Shown one piece after another: positions 10,821 through 20,696 of a stretch of DNA of 64,000 bases (position 1 is its first letter; every line of letters starts with the position of its first letter). This DNA is from Nitrososphaeria archaeon (GTDB lineage: Archaea > Thermoproteota > Nitrososphaeria > JACIWG01). A program made the position numbers and the translations under genes. The notes beneath the pieces were generated by a model, which was given only the letters and a program-made list of their open reading frames with translations, was not told the origin of the DNA and made no database searches. The stretch spans positions 32,001 through 96,000 of the forward strand of contig JBEKIG010000001.1 in assembly GCA_050011875.1 (NCBI GenBank). Reading direction: 5' to 3'.

Positions 10821-10880
10821 AGGATTCAAAGCGTGACAGGCTTCAACAACAGTCTGAAGGTCGATTGGATCCCAAATGAA
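10821..10880 (+). pseudogene. Relic paralogous to the gene at 19119-19490
   Basis: RIQSVTGFNNSLKVDWIPNE versus RLQSLTGLNGNLKVNWIPDG. Confidence 0.7.
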
Positions 10881-11002
10881 TTGCATTACGTTGAACATTT
10901 GCATGCATTTATCTATTTATATCTTGCTACTATTGGCTTAGCTATTACTGTTTATTGTGGTACTGCCTTTTTCTGCGTCTGGTGCTTCTTTCTTCTAGCT
11001 GT

Positions 11003-11713
11003 TTATGCGTAACCTTCTGTTATGGAAGCATTTTTTTCTCTTCTAATTAGCCTGCTTGACAAAATCAACAATACAATTGACAGCGCACCAACTACGCCAG
11101 CAATAAGCAGCTCAATTAAGACACCGATAAAAAACGGTAAAATATAAGCAAGTAGGAAAGTGTGAAAGACAATCCACGAGCCAAGCATTAAAGCAAGAGG
11201 ACTATTGGCACCTACTCTCTGCTTTTGTAACGAGCTGAAAGCAACCATAGCAACTGTAACAAAAGAGACGACTGAGAAACCTAACGCGGCAGTGACAGCT
11301 AACACCACTAAACCTAAAATGATGGTAACTTGTGTTCCTATAACCACACTTATTACGACATTGACTGTAAATTCGGCAATGAAAATAGTAAGCGCCAAGA
11401 AGAGCGCGGCTTTTAAGTAACGCTTAAAGATGTCGCCTTGATTCCACCCAAGCGAAAGCAAGTACTCTAAAACACCGTTATTTTTGTCATAAACATACAG
11501 CAGAATAACAGGCATTGCGAAAAGAAGAATTCCCAGAACCAAAGGCGTAACAGAAGCAAGCGCGACCCTGCCATTTACAAGGACATTTATAGTTAAAACG
11601 TTGCCGAAATTTAATACCAAGATCCCAATGGAAGCAAGAACAATCCCCATTACATATTGTATTTTGTTTAAACTGAGGCTTCGCTTAGCAAAAGTTAATG
11701 CACTATTTGGCAA
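11003..11713 (-). CDS. ABC exporter membrane subunit
   Basis: Multi-TM ORF with DKNNGVLEYLLS motif; likely TTG start at 11713 overlapping the ATPase stop. Confidence 0.75.
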   Translation of the reverse strand: MPNSALTFAKRSLSLNKIQYVMGIVLASIGILVLNFGNVLTINVLVNGRVALASVTPLVLGILLFAMPVILLYVYDKNNGVLEYLLSLGWNQGDIFKRYLKAALFLALTIFIAEFTVNVVISVVIGTQVTIILGLVVLAVTAALGFSVVSFVTVAMVAFSSLQKQRVGANSPLALMLGSWIVFHTFLLAYILPFFIGVLIELLIAGVVGALSIVLLILSSRLIRREKNASITEGYA

Positions 11714-12599
11714 TTTGCTGTGACTCCTTTTGAGTTTTTTCCACATTTCTTTTGGGTATCTCGAAAAGTTCTTGCAACGGATTATCAAGCTGACGCATTT
11801 CAGTGACCAAAACACCATTTTCAACCAATTTTCTTAAAGCAAGCCCTGCTTCCTCAGGGCTAGACACATTCAAAACAAAGTAATCGCCCTCACCACGTCG
11901 GGCATCTATAATCTTAGATATGTCCGTTGAGGCTTTAATGCCTACTCGGTACTGTTTCGGTTTAATGTTTGAGATTTTATCAAACAATGTTACCGAACCA
12001 TTCTTGATCAGAATCAGGTAAGTTCCAATGTCAGTTGCTTCATAGAGGTTATGTGAAGAGTACAAAATCATTTTGTTCTTACTTAATTTTAGGATAATAT
12101 CTCGAATTTCCTTTGAAATTGACGGGTCTAAATTCGCAGTGGGTTCGTCCAACAAATACAAATCTCTCTCGAAAAGAAACACTTTTGCAATGGCAGCTCT
12201 CTTTTTTTGTCCTTGCGAAAGGTCAGAGAACCTTTTATTTTTCAGTTGACCAAGGTCCAGCAGATCAATCACTTCGTCTGGATCTCCGCCTTCTATATCA
12301 GAGTAAAACTTAAGCGCGTTATACACAGTCATCTCTTCAGGCATTGCATTGTACTGTGAGAGATAGCTTATTTTTGTTCTCGCCTTGCCTGATGTGGTTA
12401 TGTTTTGGTCGTCGAAAAGAATCTTGCCGCTAAATGGCTCTAGTATGCCAGCGATTGTTCTAAACAATGTTGTCTTGCCTGCGCCGTTTGGTCCTAAAAC
12501 AACGTATATTGACGGCTCTTTCAGTTTAAAGCTGATATCGTGCAAAACGGCTTGCCCATTGTAACCAGAAGTTACGTTATTCAATTCCAAAACATGCAC
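11703..12599 (-). CDS. ABC exporter ATP-binding subunit
   Basis: GPNGAGKTT, LSQGQ, LLDEP and SSH switch. Confidence 0.92.
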   Translation of the reverse strand: MHVLELNNVTSGYNGQAVLHDISFKLKEPSIYVVLGPNGAGKTTLFRTIAGILEPFSGKILFDDQNITTSGKARTKISYLSQYNAMPEEMTVYNALKFYSDIEGGDPDEVIDLLDLGQLKNKRFSDLSQGQKKRAAIAKVFLFERDLYLLDEPTANLDPSISKEIRDIILKLSKNKMILYSSHNLYEATDIGTYLILIKNGSVTLFDKISNIKPKQYRVGIKASTDISKIIDARRGEGDYFVLNVSSPEEAGLALRKLVENGVLVTEMRQLDNPLQELFEIPKRNVEKTQKESQQIAK

Positions 12600-12666
12600 T
12601 TCTAATTCACCTCATTTATTCAGGGATAATTTTAAAAATCTCCTCCTTTGGAACACTCATCAAACA

Positions 12667-12804
12667 TTAAACTTGTAGACAAACCGTGCGCCCTATGAGG
12701 GAGATAACAACGATTGCAAGAGTGGCTAGTAGAGCAAGCACCTTACGACCATAACGAGGATCAAACTTGTCTGAAGCTCTAGCTGAAGTTGAAATTTGTT
12801 CCAT
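12667..12804 (-). pseudogene. N-terminal relic of an MFS-type transporter
   Basis: MEQ...KFDPRYGRKVLALLATLAIVV gives one TM segment, then the frame ends; divergent from the regulator. Confidence 0.45.
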
Positions 12805-12917
12805 GCTTTTTTTCACTCCACGTAATTCCATGATGCAAAGCCACCGGATTAAGGTTATAGCGAGCATATTCGCCTTTTTACACAAACTTATTTATTGTAC
12901 CAAATCAATTTCTATTT

Positions 12918-13643
12918 ATGCGCAGGATCGTTTTAGAGTGGTCAATAAAAGACCTAGAAAACCTAAAGGGCGTTGACAAATCTGGGGTAGAATTTTCGAA
13001 TCAGGAAATAAAGTCACTTGGGATACAGCGGGGTTTAAAGATGCTTGAGATGCTACAAAAGACAAAGTCGTTTGAGGTGCTGCACATTCTCAGAACTGAT
13101 CAAGACGAATTCGCATACATATTCAAGGTAGAAACCAAAGACCCTTCTTTCAACATTAAAGACCTATTATTAGAGTTGGTTCATGGCACCGAGGTCAAAC
13201 TGCAGCTTCTACAGCAGGAAAAGGAAGGAACTCGTACCTACTTCATCAAGGGAAAGCTTCCCCATCCAAGTCCTGAAACAAACAGCAAAAGAATTAATAT
13301 GTATCCACTCTTGCCATTTAGTTTCAGAGATGGAAAAGTTAGGGTTGCTTTGCTTGGAGATAATAACCAAGTGGAAGAGTTCCTTGAATTTGTCGAAAAA
13401 GCAGGGACTTTTAGGGTGGTTTCGCTTATGGATGCGAAGTTTTTGCCTAGTTCACCAGTTAACCGCTTAACTGGAAAACAACGAGATGCCATTATCTTAG
13501 CATTCAAACTTGGGTACTTCGATACGCCTCGGAAGATAAGTTCAGAGCAGCTTGCAACGAAGCTGGGTCTTGCTAGTTCCACTTTGGCAATACATCTAAG
13601 GAGAGCCGAACGCCGCTTACTCGCTGAGATGTTAAACGAATAA
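12918..13643 (+). CDS. Bacterio-opsin-activator-type (HTH_10) transcriptional regulator
   Basis: C-terminal LTGKQRDAIILAFKLGYFDTPRKISSEQLATKLGLASSTLAIHLRRAERRL. Confidence 0.9.
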   Translation: MRRIVLEWSIKDLENLKGVDKSGVEFSNQEIKSLGIQRGLKMLEMLQKTKSFEVLHILRTDQDEFAYIFKVETKDPSFNIKDLLLELVHGTEVKLQLLQQEKEGTRTYFIKGKLPHPSPETNSKRINMYPLLPFSFRDGKVRVALLGDNNQVEEFLEFVEKAGTFRVVSLMDAKFLPSSPVNRLTGKQRDAIILAFKLGYFDTPRKISSEQLATKLGLASSTLAIHLRRAERRLLAEMLNE

Positions 13644-13834
13644 CACCTAGCTAGCCACCTGACCAATCAAAGGGATTTCTCGCATTTTCTATATCTACTT
13701 TTATATAGATCTGACAGGATCCAGTATTCGAAATTATACCTCTTTTTCCATAAGTAATAATCTTTGATCTCATTTAATAACGCTACAAGTTAGTAATCAT
13801 AAGAATTTTATACGACGATGTTTCCTATTCTTTT

Positions 13835-16800
13835 GTGCTCCAGACCCGTTTACCCGTTATCCAAGTATCATCTGAAAAGAAAGAAAATCTTGACAAGAAA
13901 TTGGATGAAATTTATCAGAACATAAAGAACAGATTCAAGGTTTTTGGAACATTCCAAGACGTGTTAACCAATTCAGCAAACTATTCTTCATCTAATTTAA
14001 AGGATGAACAGGCTCCAGAAGAATTCACAAAAAGAACTATCATAGAACCGTTAATCGATTTACTAGGTTTTGAGATAGTCCCTGAAACAGTCTTACCCTC
14101 ACCCGGTGGAAGAAAAGAACCAGATTACATAATCAGGCCTAAAAACCAACAAAGCCCTGTCTTCTATATGGAGGCCGAACCACTGAATACAGATCTTCAT
14201 AGTAAAGGAAAAGGCGTCTGGCAAGTAAACGACTGGTTACTATCAAGGGCTTCAAAAACTGATTACGGTATAGCCACTGATGGATTCACATGGATATTGC
14301 TCAAATTTGACATCGTTTCAGCTCAAAGTAAGGAAGTCTTAAAGGTGAATTTAAGTACTATTTTAATTAGAAAGCTGAATCCAACCGCATTTATTAGTGA
14401 TGATGACATAGAAAGAGCGAAGTCAGACTTTTTGACTTTTGATTGTGAATACATTTCCCATTTCCTTGAAGGTTATTTAGAAATTATCGAGAAAGAAAAG
14501 GAAGAGATATCGAAAAGATTTTACAGCGACTACGTGAGATATGTCTTTGGATACGACGAAGCTGGAAACGCCATTAAGGGCGTAAGCTTGTTTAACAAAG
14601 TTGTACCTCCATCTGCAACTAATGACAATGATATGAAGTTGTTTTCTGTTATATTCATGAACAGGATAATGTTCATCAGATTTCTTGAAGAAAAAAGAAT
14701 AGTGCCAAAGGACCTTTTGAAGAATTTGATGGACAGGTATAAGTCATCTGGAACTCCAAGCACTTTTTATGATACGTATCTGAAGCCTCTTTTCTATGAT
14801 GTCTTTAACAAGGGCAAAGAAAGTAGGCCCTCTGCGGTGAAAAGCAACCCATTTTATGCCCAGATTCCCTATTTAAATGGTGGCCTGTTCAGAGAGGTAG
14901 TCGGGAACGAAGGGAACTATACCATAGAAAATGAGGGCGTACAGCTTGTTATAGAAAATCTTCTGGAAAAATATAGCTTCGGCCTAGATTCTGGAATAAA
15001 TCCAGACATATTGGGTTATATCTTCGAAAAGACAATCAACTTCATTTCAGGGACAGGAACTAACCAACAGAAGATGGAGGGAGCTTACTACACCCCTGAT
15101 GACGTAGTAGAATTCATAATAGATCAAACATTGACTCCAATCATTTTTAACAAGATGATCGAAGGCTTGAAAAAAGCTGGGTGGAATGATGTAGATCTGA
15201 AGGGTTACAATTCAATAGAGGATATTATGGATCCACAGAATATTCCGAAGAATCCGATTCATATTAAGAAGATGATTGAGTCGCTTGAGACGATTAAAGT
15301 ACTGGATCCCGCTTGTGGTTCAGGCCACTTTCTAACTGCTATGCTTTCACAGATCCTCCGGGTCAAAGAAGATTTACTGATTACTATTAAAGAGAATATT
15401 GAAAGATATAAATTAAAAAGAGACATTATTTCGCAAAACCTGTTCGGAGTCGACATCGACAAAAACGCTGTTGAAATAGCTCGGTTGAGGCTATGGCTTT
15501 CGATAATAGAGGAAGTTGAAGACCCTCAACATGTTGACACCCTCCCCAACATTGATTTCAATATCTTCGTAGGAAATAGTCTGATTGGCTGGTTTGATGA
15601 AAATCTTTTGATGCATCCTTTAGTTGGTTTATTGGACGATCCTGACGTGCAAAGTACACTTCATAGCCTTGGTGCGTCCTATGGGACCAAAATAGATGAA
15701 GTTGAGGAACGCCTTCGAAAAAATCGCTTGGATGACACAATTGAGGCCTATAGAACACTTTCAGAGATATACGCTTCAGAATCAGGAGAACGAGCTGTAA
15801 AGATAAGAGAAATATTGGAAAATATCAGGAATAAATTATATGAAGTAATAAATCGTTCCTATCTTGATTTTATTAATCGAAAAGGTAATCTAAATAAAAA
15901 GATATTCTATGAGTTAGGGAAGAACATTTCTAATAGAATGCCTTTTCACTGGAGAATTGATTTCGAACATATAATTAAAGAGGGAGGCTTTGATACAATT
16001 GTTGGAAATCCGCCATATATAGAAGATAGAAATTACAACATGATCGATCTTGAAATTATAAAGTGTATGAGAAAGGGGAAGAAAAAAGTCGTAGAACCCC
16101 TTTTCTTTTATTCAATAAGTTGTGGAAATACGTATGCCTACTTTATCGAAAGATCGATTGAACTGTTAAAACAAAATGGTAAATTTGGATTCATAGTTCC
16201 TATTGCCCTCGTATCCACTGATAGAATGGATGATGTAAGAGAAATTATTTATAAAAATTCATCTGAAGTTAAATACTACAATTTCGATGACCGCCCGGGC
16301 AAAATATTCAGTGGAATAGAAGATTGTAGGTCAACGATCGTAATAACGAAAAAAGGAACTGGAGTAGATAAAATAACTACGAGTAAATACCACAGATGGT
16401 ACACAAGAGATAGACCAAAAGTATTCAAAAATCTCCAAACAAGCGATTGGTATATCGTGGATCCCAAAGGAATCGTACCAAAAATAGGCACCAACATTGA
16501 GAAGGCTATACTGAACAAACTCGATCAGAAATCAAAGGGTAAAACAGTGGAGAACTTTGTAGAAGATATCGGTGTCAAAATATGGTATCATAATGCACCA
16601 CGATATTGGATTCACGCTCATCCAGAGAATTACTTACCATCTGTCGAATATTATGAAAACTATGAAACAAATACTGACACTGGCGAGGTTGTACTAAATA
16701 ACCTAAAGGAAAAGCAAATATCATCACATTACAAGCCTTTGATCTTTGCGAAGGAAAGTTTTGATGGCATCCTTGGTCTACTTAACAGTTCTTTGTTCTA

Positions 16801-17137
16801 CTGGTGGTTCATTGTCTGGTCTGACGGAAGGGACCTCTTGGCAGATCATATACACAGTTTTCCGATAGATATAAAGAACTTCCCTGACAATTTTAAAGAA
16901 AAACTCAAACTATTGGTAAATGGTTTGATGGAAAATTATGATAAAACATCTAACATCAAAATAAACGTGAGATCTGGTGGATATGCTATAAAGATAAAGG
17001 AGATAATTCCATCCAAGTCAAAGAATATCATCGATCAGATTGATGAAATATTTGCAGATTACTTTGGATTCACAGAAGATGAAAGAAAATTCATCAGGGA
17101 ATTCGACATAGAATTCAGAATAAAAAGTGAGTCATAA
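13835..17137 (+). CDS. Type IIG (Eco57I-like) restriction-modification fusion: nuclease, N6-adenine MTase and TRD
   Basis: N-terminal PDY...EAE and IATDG; YLNGGLF; GAYYTP; VLDPACGSGHF (motif I); GNPPY (motif IV); LLNSSL in the TRD. Confidence 0.9.
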   Translation: MLQTRLPVIQVSSEKKENLDKKLDEIYQNIKNRFKVFGTFQDVLTNSANYSSSNLKDEQAPEEFTKRTIIEPLIDLLGFEIVPETVLPSPGGRKEPDYIIRPKNQQSPVFYMEAEPLNTDLHSKGKGVWQVNDWLLSRASKTDYGIATDGFTWILLKFDIVSAQSKEVLKVNLSTILIRKLNPTAFISDDDIERAKSDFLTFDCEYISHFLEGYLEIIEKEKEEISKRFYSDYVRYVFGYDEAGNAIKGVSLFNKVVPPSATNDNDMKLFSVIFMNRIMFIRFLEEKRIVPKDLLKNLMDRYKSSGTPSTFYDTYLKPLFYDVFNKGKESRPSAVKSNPFYAQIPYLNGGLFREVVGNEGNYTIENEGVQLVIENLLEKYSFGLDSGINPDILGYIFEKTINFISGTGTNQQKMEGAYYTPDDVVEFIIDQTLTPIIFNKMIEGLKKAGWNDVDLKGYNSIEDIMDPQNIPKNPIHIKKMIESLETIKVLDPACGSGHFLTAMLSQILRVKEDLLITIKENIERYKLKRDIISQNLFGVDIDKNAVEIARLRLWLSIIEEVEDPQHVDTLPNIDFNIFVGNSLIGWFDENLLMHPLVGLLDDPDVQSTLHSLGASYGTKIDEVEERLRKNRLDDTIEAYRTLSEIYASESGERAVKIREILENIRNKLYEVINRSYLDFINRKGNLNKKIFYELGKNISNRMPFHWRIDFEHIIKEGGFDTIVGNPPYIEDRNYNMIDLEIIKCMRKGKKKVVEPLFFYSISCGNTYAYFIERSIELLKQNGKFGFIVPIALVSTDRMDDVREIIYKNSSEVKYYNFDDRPGKIFSGIEDCRSTIVITKKGTGVDKITTSKYHRWYTRDRPKVFKNLQTSDWYIVDPKGIVPKIGTNIEKAILNKLDQKSKGKTVENFVEDIGVKIWYHNAPRYWIHAHPENYLPSVEYYENYETNTDTGEVVLNNLKEKQISSHYKPLIFAKESFDGILGLLNSSLFYWWFIVWSDGRDLLADHIHSFPIDIKNFPDNFKEKLKLLVNGLMENYDKTSNIKINVRSGGYAIKIKEIIPSKSKNIIDQIDEIFADYFGFTEDERKFIREFDIEFRIKSES

Positions 17138-17347
17138 TTTTGCACTAATACGCCACTTTGCTACTCTTTTCTTGTAGACGTCAATCGTTTTGATACTTTC
17201 CCCGCTTTCCTTTCTAAAGCTAGATTATGTCAGATACAATATGGATCTACCAGTTGATAGACAGGCTGTGGAAAGTGCTTGACTTGTCCGGGGCAATACT
17301 TATTATACTAAATTTGCGTCATAAATTTAGCGGTAAAAACAAAGAAT

Positions 17348-17791
17348 TTGATTTACTGCTTTCTTCCATTAATTTCAGCAATGATATCTAATGTGATATT
17401 CTTGCTCCTCGCAAAGGCAGGAATGCGGTCAATGGGAGCTTCGGGTATAGACTATGGAATATTGGGGATAATTCTTGCAAACGTGTTAATGAATAGCACT
17501 TCTGGTGTAGAGTTTTATTTTCGAAAAATGTGCCGTGCTATTGTAGACAAATACAAACTACGTTTAACCATAATGAATTTAATTTATATTTTGAGCATCG
17601 CATTGTACTTAACTCTTCTCATTGCGATAGTGGGTTCCATCATTTCTCAACCATCAGATTTTCTAAACCTAAAACAAGGTGTAAACCCGATTGCGCACGC
17701 ATTCAGTTTTATGATCTCGTTTGCTGTATACCTTTTTATTGGTTTCAAGTATAGTAAGAGCCAAGTGATTAAGACATCTTTTTCGGCCTAA
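17348..17791 (+). pseudogene. Rhomboid-like intramembrane serine protease, 5'-truncated
   Basis: Hydrophobic ORF with GASG and NPIAH motifs; only 147 aa with a TTG start. Confidence 0.55.
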
Positions 17792-18076
17792 TGATGACTA
17801 TCCTATTGCCTCAAAAATCTGTCCATTGTTAAGAACCGCTATTATCTGCACAATACCAACAGGGTAAACGGTTTAGGGTGAGCCTTACCCTAAAAATAGA
17901 AAAGCAAGCCGGACATGAAAGCAAATATGCCTCTAAAGCGTCAAAAAAGGCGATTTTTATAGCTCTAAAATCGTCAACATGAGAGGGGGCTTGTCATTTT
18001 CTAAGGAATTTTGGGGGGGAACCGTGCGTGTATAATTAATTATAATATAAACCATTAAAATAATAGAATATTAGAT

Positions 18077-18655
18077 TTTGCTCGAACGGTGTCCCATTAT
18101 GTAATAATGGGACACCGACTGATGCAACATTATAGAATTATGTTGCATCGCTTTAAATAATAGAGCAAACATTCGTCATTTACCGAATATGTATTTATCG
18201 GTAATCAGTTAAATATGAGACAGAGGCTGACAAAAAAGGTAGCAAGCGCGAGTTGCCTATTATAAATTTATAGGTAACTCATTAAAGATGAGACAGAGGC
18301 TAAACAATAACGATAGAAAAATTGGACTTAATCCTTCCATATGTTATTTACCCAAGGAGATATAACTGACAAACGTAAGTCGTAAGGAATAATGTTCTTA
18401 TACGTAGCTACCTAGCGTTTGGCGTAATAATCGCTACTGCTCTGAACGACTCCTTGGCTCACACGACGTATCTGGAAGCACCGATATTAAAACAATGAAA
18501 GCATTTTATAATGCATCAAAAAGCGATGCAAAACCCTAATTGGCCTAACTGCGGAATAAGCATCAAAGTAATATTGTTAATGCCATGGCAGAAGACGGTA
18601 ATGAAAGGATTATTGCCAAAGTTTGATAAATAAACCTATCAAGATATGTCAAACC
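18077..18655 (+). ncRNA. Candidate structured non-coding RNA or structured ssDNA element
   Basis: No long ORF; dense nested and serial inverted repeats, several with G-T pairs on the + strand; AT-rich TATA-like tract at 18031-18050 upstream. Confidence 0.45.
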
Positions 18656-18731
18656 ATGGAGAAAAGTTAGGTTTTAGACAGATATCCTCTGGTTATACAT
18701 GCAAAAAGTTATATAATAAAATGGGTAAGTT

Positions 18732-18770
18732 TTATAAACCCACCCACCCCCTTATAAACCAACCCCACCC
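18732..18770. repeat. 20-bp tandem duplication, TTATAAACC plus C-rich tail
   Basis: TTATAAACCCACCCACCCCC followed by TTATAAACCAACCCCACCC. Confidence 0.75.
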
Positions 18771-18939
18771 GCCTGAGACCCGCCGTCCACGAGCAAGTTG
18801 GCCTAAAGGTGTGATCTACAATATGAGAAAGGAAAGAGAGCTGTTGGATTTAGTTGGGGATGGTTATGAGTAGAACCGTTGATATAACAGTGATTAAAGA
18901 TTTTGCGATACAACAGGTTTTCTACGGAGATGTTAGCAA

Positions 18940-19122
18940 ATGAAGCACTACCTAATACGCGTGATAAAATATTGTTGGAACCCACTTACAAAAAGCGTGC
19001 AGCAAAAGCCCGTAGCCAGCAAAAGCATTTCCATGCCCAAAGACCTAGATGCTAACACCATAAAAAATGTTCTGAACCTATTGACAAAGGAACTTTCCAC
19101 GCAAAAAGTTGATGAACAATGA
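18940..19122 (+). CDS. Small hypothetical protein (60 aa)
   Basis: GGAG upstream; ATGA overlap with the next ORF suggests translational coupling. Confidence 0.5.
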   Translation: MKHYLIRVIKYCWNPLTKSVQQKPVASKSISMPKDLDANTIKNVLNLLTKELSTQKVDEQ

Positions 19123-19490
19123 TAAAGTCCAAGGATCTCTCTAAGGCCCACAAGACAGGAGAGGAAGAGCAGGACGTTCAAATTGAGCTCGAAAGGGAGC
19201 TGAGCAGACTTCAGAGCTTAACGGGCCTAAACGGTAATCTAAAGGTCAATTGGATCCCGGATGGAAGCAGAGAGGTTCACGGTGAAGTCATAAGCGACGT
19301 AATCCACGTCTACGATGAAGACTTGGAGGAAGCGATTCGAACCCTAAAACACGAGTTCGTAGACTACTGTATAACAAGGGAAGTTGTCACACCTCTTGTC
19401 GACCTCGTGAACGCCTTGATAAAGAGCAGGGAAGCTGAAGTCTACAGGAGAAAGGAGAAGTTGGTAGAACTCTTTTCAAGCCTTATATAA
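19119..19490 (+). CDS. Hypothetical zincin-like protein (HExxD variant)
   Basis: HGEV...IHVYD...TLKHEFVDY; decayed paralogues elsewhere in the window support that it is a real gene. Confidence 0.65.
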   Translation: MIKSKDLSKAHKTGEEEQDVQIELERELSRLQSLTGLNGNLKVNWIPDGSREVHGEVISDVIHVYDEDLEEAIRTLKHEFVDYCITREVVTPLVDLVNALIKSREAEVYRRKEKLVELFSSLI

Positions 19491-19687
19491 ACCGTACTTC
19501 TCATAGAGACTATAAGAAAGCTGAATGATTACATATTAGATAAATCATGAATAATACTAAGAGTCATTATTAGAAAGAAGTCTTAATCACGTGTTCTTAC
19601 CATACCTTTGACATGTTCGGTTCTTTTGCCTCTCAAAGCTAGGTTAAAAGTTTAAATCATTTTCTTTTAATTTATTACTGTCAAATT

Positions 19688-20332
19688 ATGCGCATGGAAG
19701 TAAGGTTAGAGGTTGACGAAAATTTTCAGGAATTTGCCAGAAAAATTGGTAAATCACCTAAAGAGGTTCTCCAGCAACTGTCTGAGACCATCTGGCTTGC
19801 ACGTCTTCCTTTGACAGAGAGGCTTAAGAACGGTGTGGATCTTCGAGCCTCTTTGCTTGAGACATACGATTTAGCAGAACTGGGATGGCGAATAGACGAC
19901 TATATAAGAAAAGCACTTGAATTGAAGGTTGATGAATTTGTTCTAGACGACAGCGAAGTTAATCTTGAAGACCAGCACTATTTTCTTGCTTATTCTGCTA
20001 ATTCGAACTCCAATGGGAAAGTATCGTCGGTATACGTTATATTAGATAAAGGATCAGCAGAACTGATTTGTGACGGATGCGTTGAGGAAAAACAATTGCT
20101 ATCCAAAATAAAAGCAGTTACGGAAGATCTTGATGAACACTATGACACTTTTGGAAAACTGGACGGATTTAGTGAACTGATGGATAGTGACCACGAATTC
20201 AATTTTGAAGAAGAGGATGAGCCACCGTATAATTATTCGCTCACAGTAAATGCAGACGAACTAGGATACCTACCAACCGTATCCCAAATCTCAAAATTGT
20301 TCAGCAAGATAGAAGAGATAGCGTCAACGTAG
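19688..20332 (+). CDS. Acidic hypothetical protein with a possible N-terminal ribbon-helix-helix
   Basis: MEVRLEVDENFQEFARKIGKSPKEVLQQL shows an alternating strand plus two helices. Confidence 0.6.
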   Translation: MRMEVRLEVDENFQEFARKIGKSPKEVLQQLSETIWLARLPLTERLKNGVDLRASLLETYDLAELGWRIDDYIRKALELKVDEFVLDDSEVNLEDQHYFLAYSANSNSNGKVSSVYVILDKGSAELICDGCVEEKQLLSKIKAVTEDLDEHYDTFGKLDGFSELMDSDHEFNFEEEDEPPYNYSLTVNADELGYLPTVSQISKLFSKIEEIAST

Positions 20333-20655
20333 AAGGTATAGACCTCATTTGTTTCCTCCTTTAATTTCAACTGAATTTCAGGTGAACAATACACGAACCA
20401 TTGGTTCTATCAATCACGTCCATGGTCATCACCACATCTCGACCCCAGTAATTCTTATTTCCTATCCTTGAGTACAAAAGATAGCTTTCCATAATGGTTA
20501 TTTCGCGGTATTCTGTTTTACAAAAAGGTTTTAAAATATCAGACTATTTTTTTTCCACTTCCACTTTTGTCGATTTCAAAATGGATAATCAAGAATAAAT
20601 CTGATGTGTGAAGTGGGATTTCAATACTAATCTACTGGTAAATTATTAGATTCAA

Positions 20656-20696
20656 GTTCGGTGGGGTTTCTGACCTTAATTAAGTGCAGATACCTA
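20656..20696 (-). repeat. att-like arm plus core, inverted copy of 38079-38118
   Basis: Reverse complement TAGGTATCTGCACTTAATTAAGGTCAGAAACCCCACCGAAC versus TAGGTATCTGCACCTAATTATGGTCGAAAACCACCGGAC; about 35 of 41 identical by eye. Confidence 0.8.

Noticed and set aside
11003-11045. A7 run near the permease 3' end as a phase-variable frameshift (REKMLP* if one A is removed)
   Set aside because: It would change only the last few residues, and could be a sequencing error or neutral.
18087-18280. Xer/dif sites or a CRESS-type NANTATTAC rolling-circle origin
   Set aside because: The centre is 13 nt rather than the 11-6-11 dif layout; the nonamer match occurs in one hairpin only and in the wrong position; no HUH Rep gene was seen.
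18180-18305. CRISPR or TIGR array interpretation of the 73-bp units
   Set aside because: Only two clear units, the variable parts are self-complementary, and no cas or Nop-domain gene was recognised in the window.
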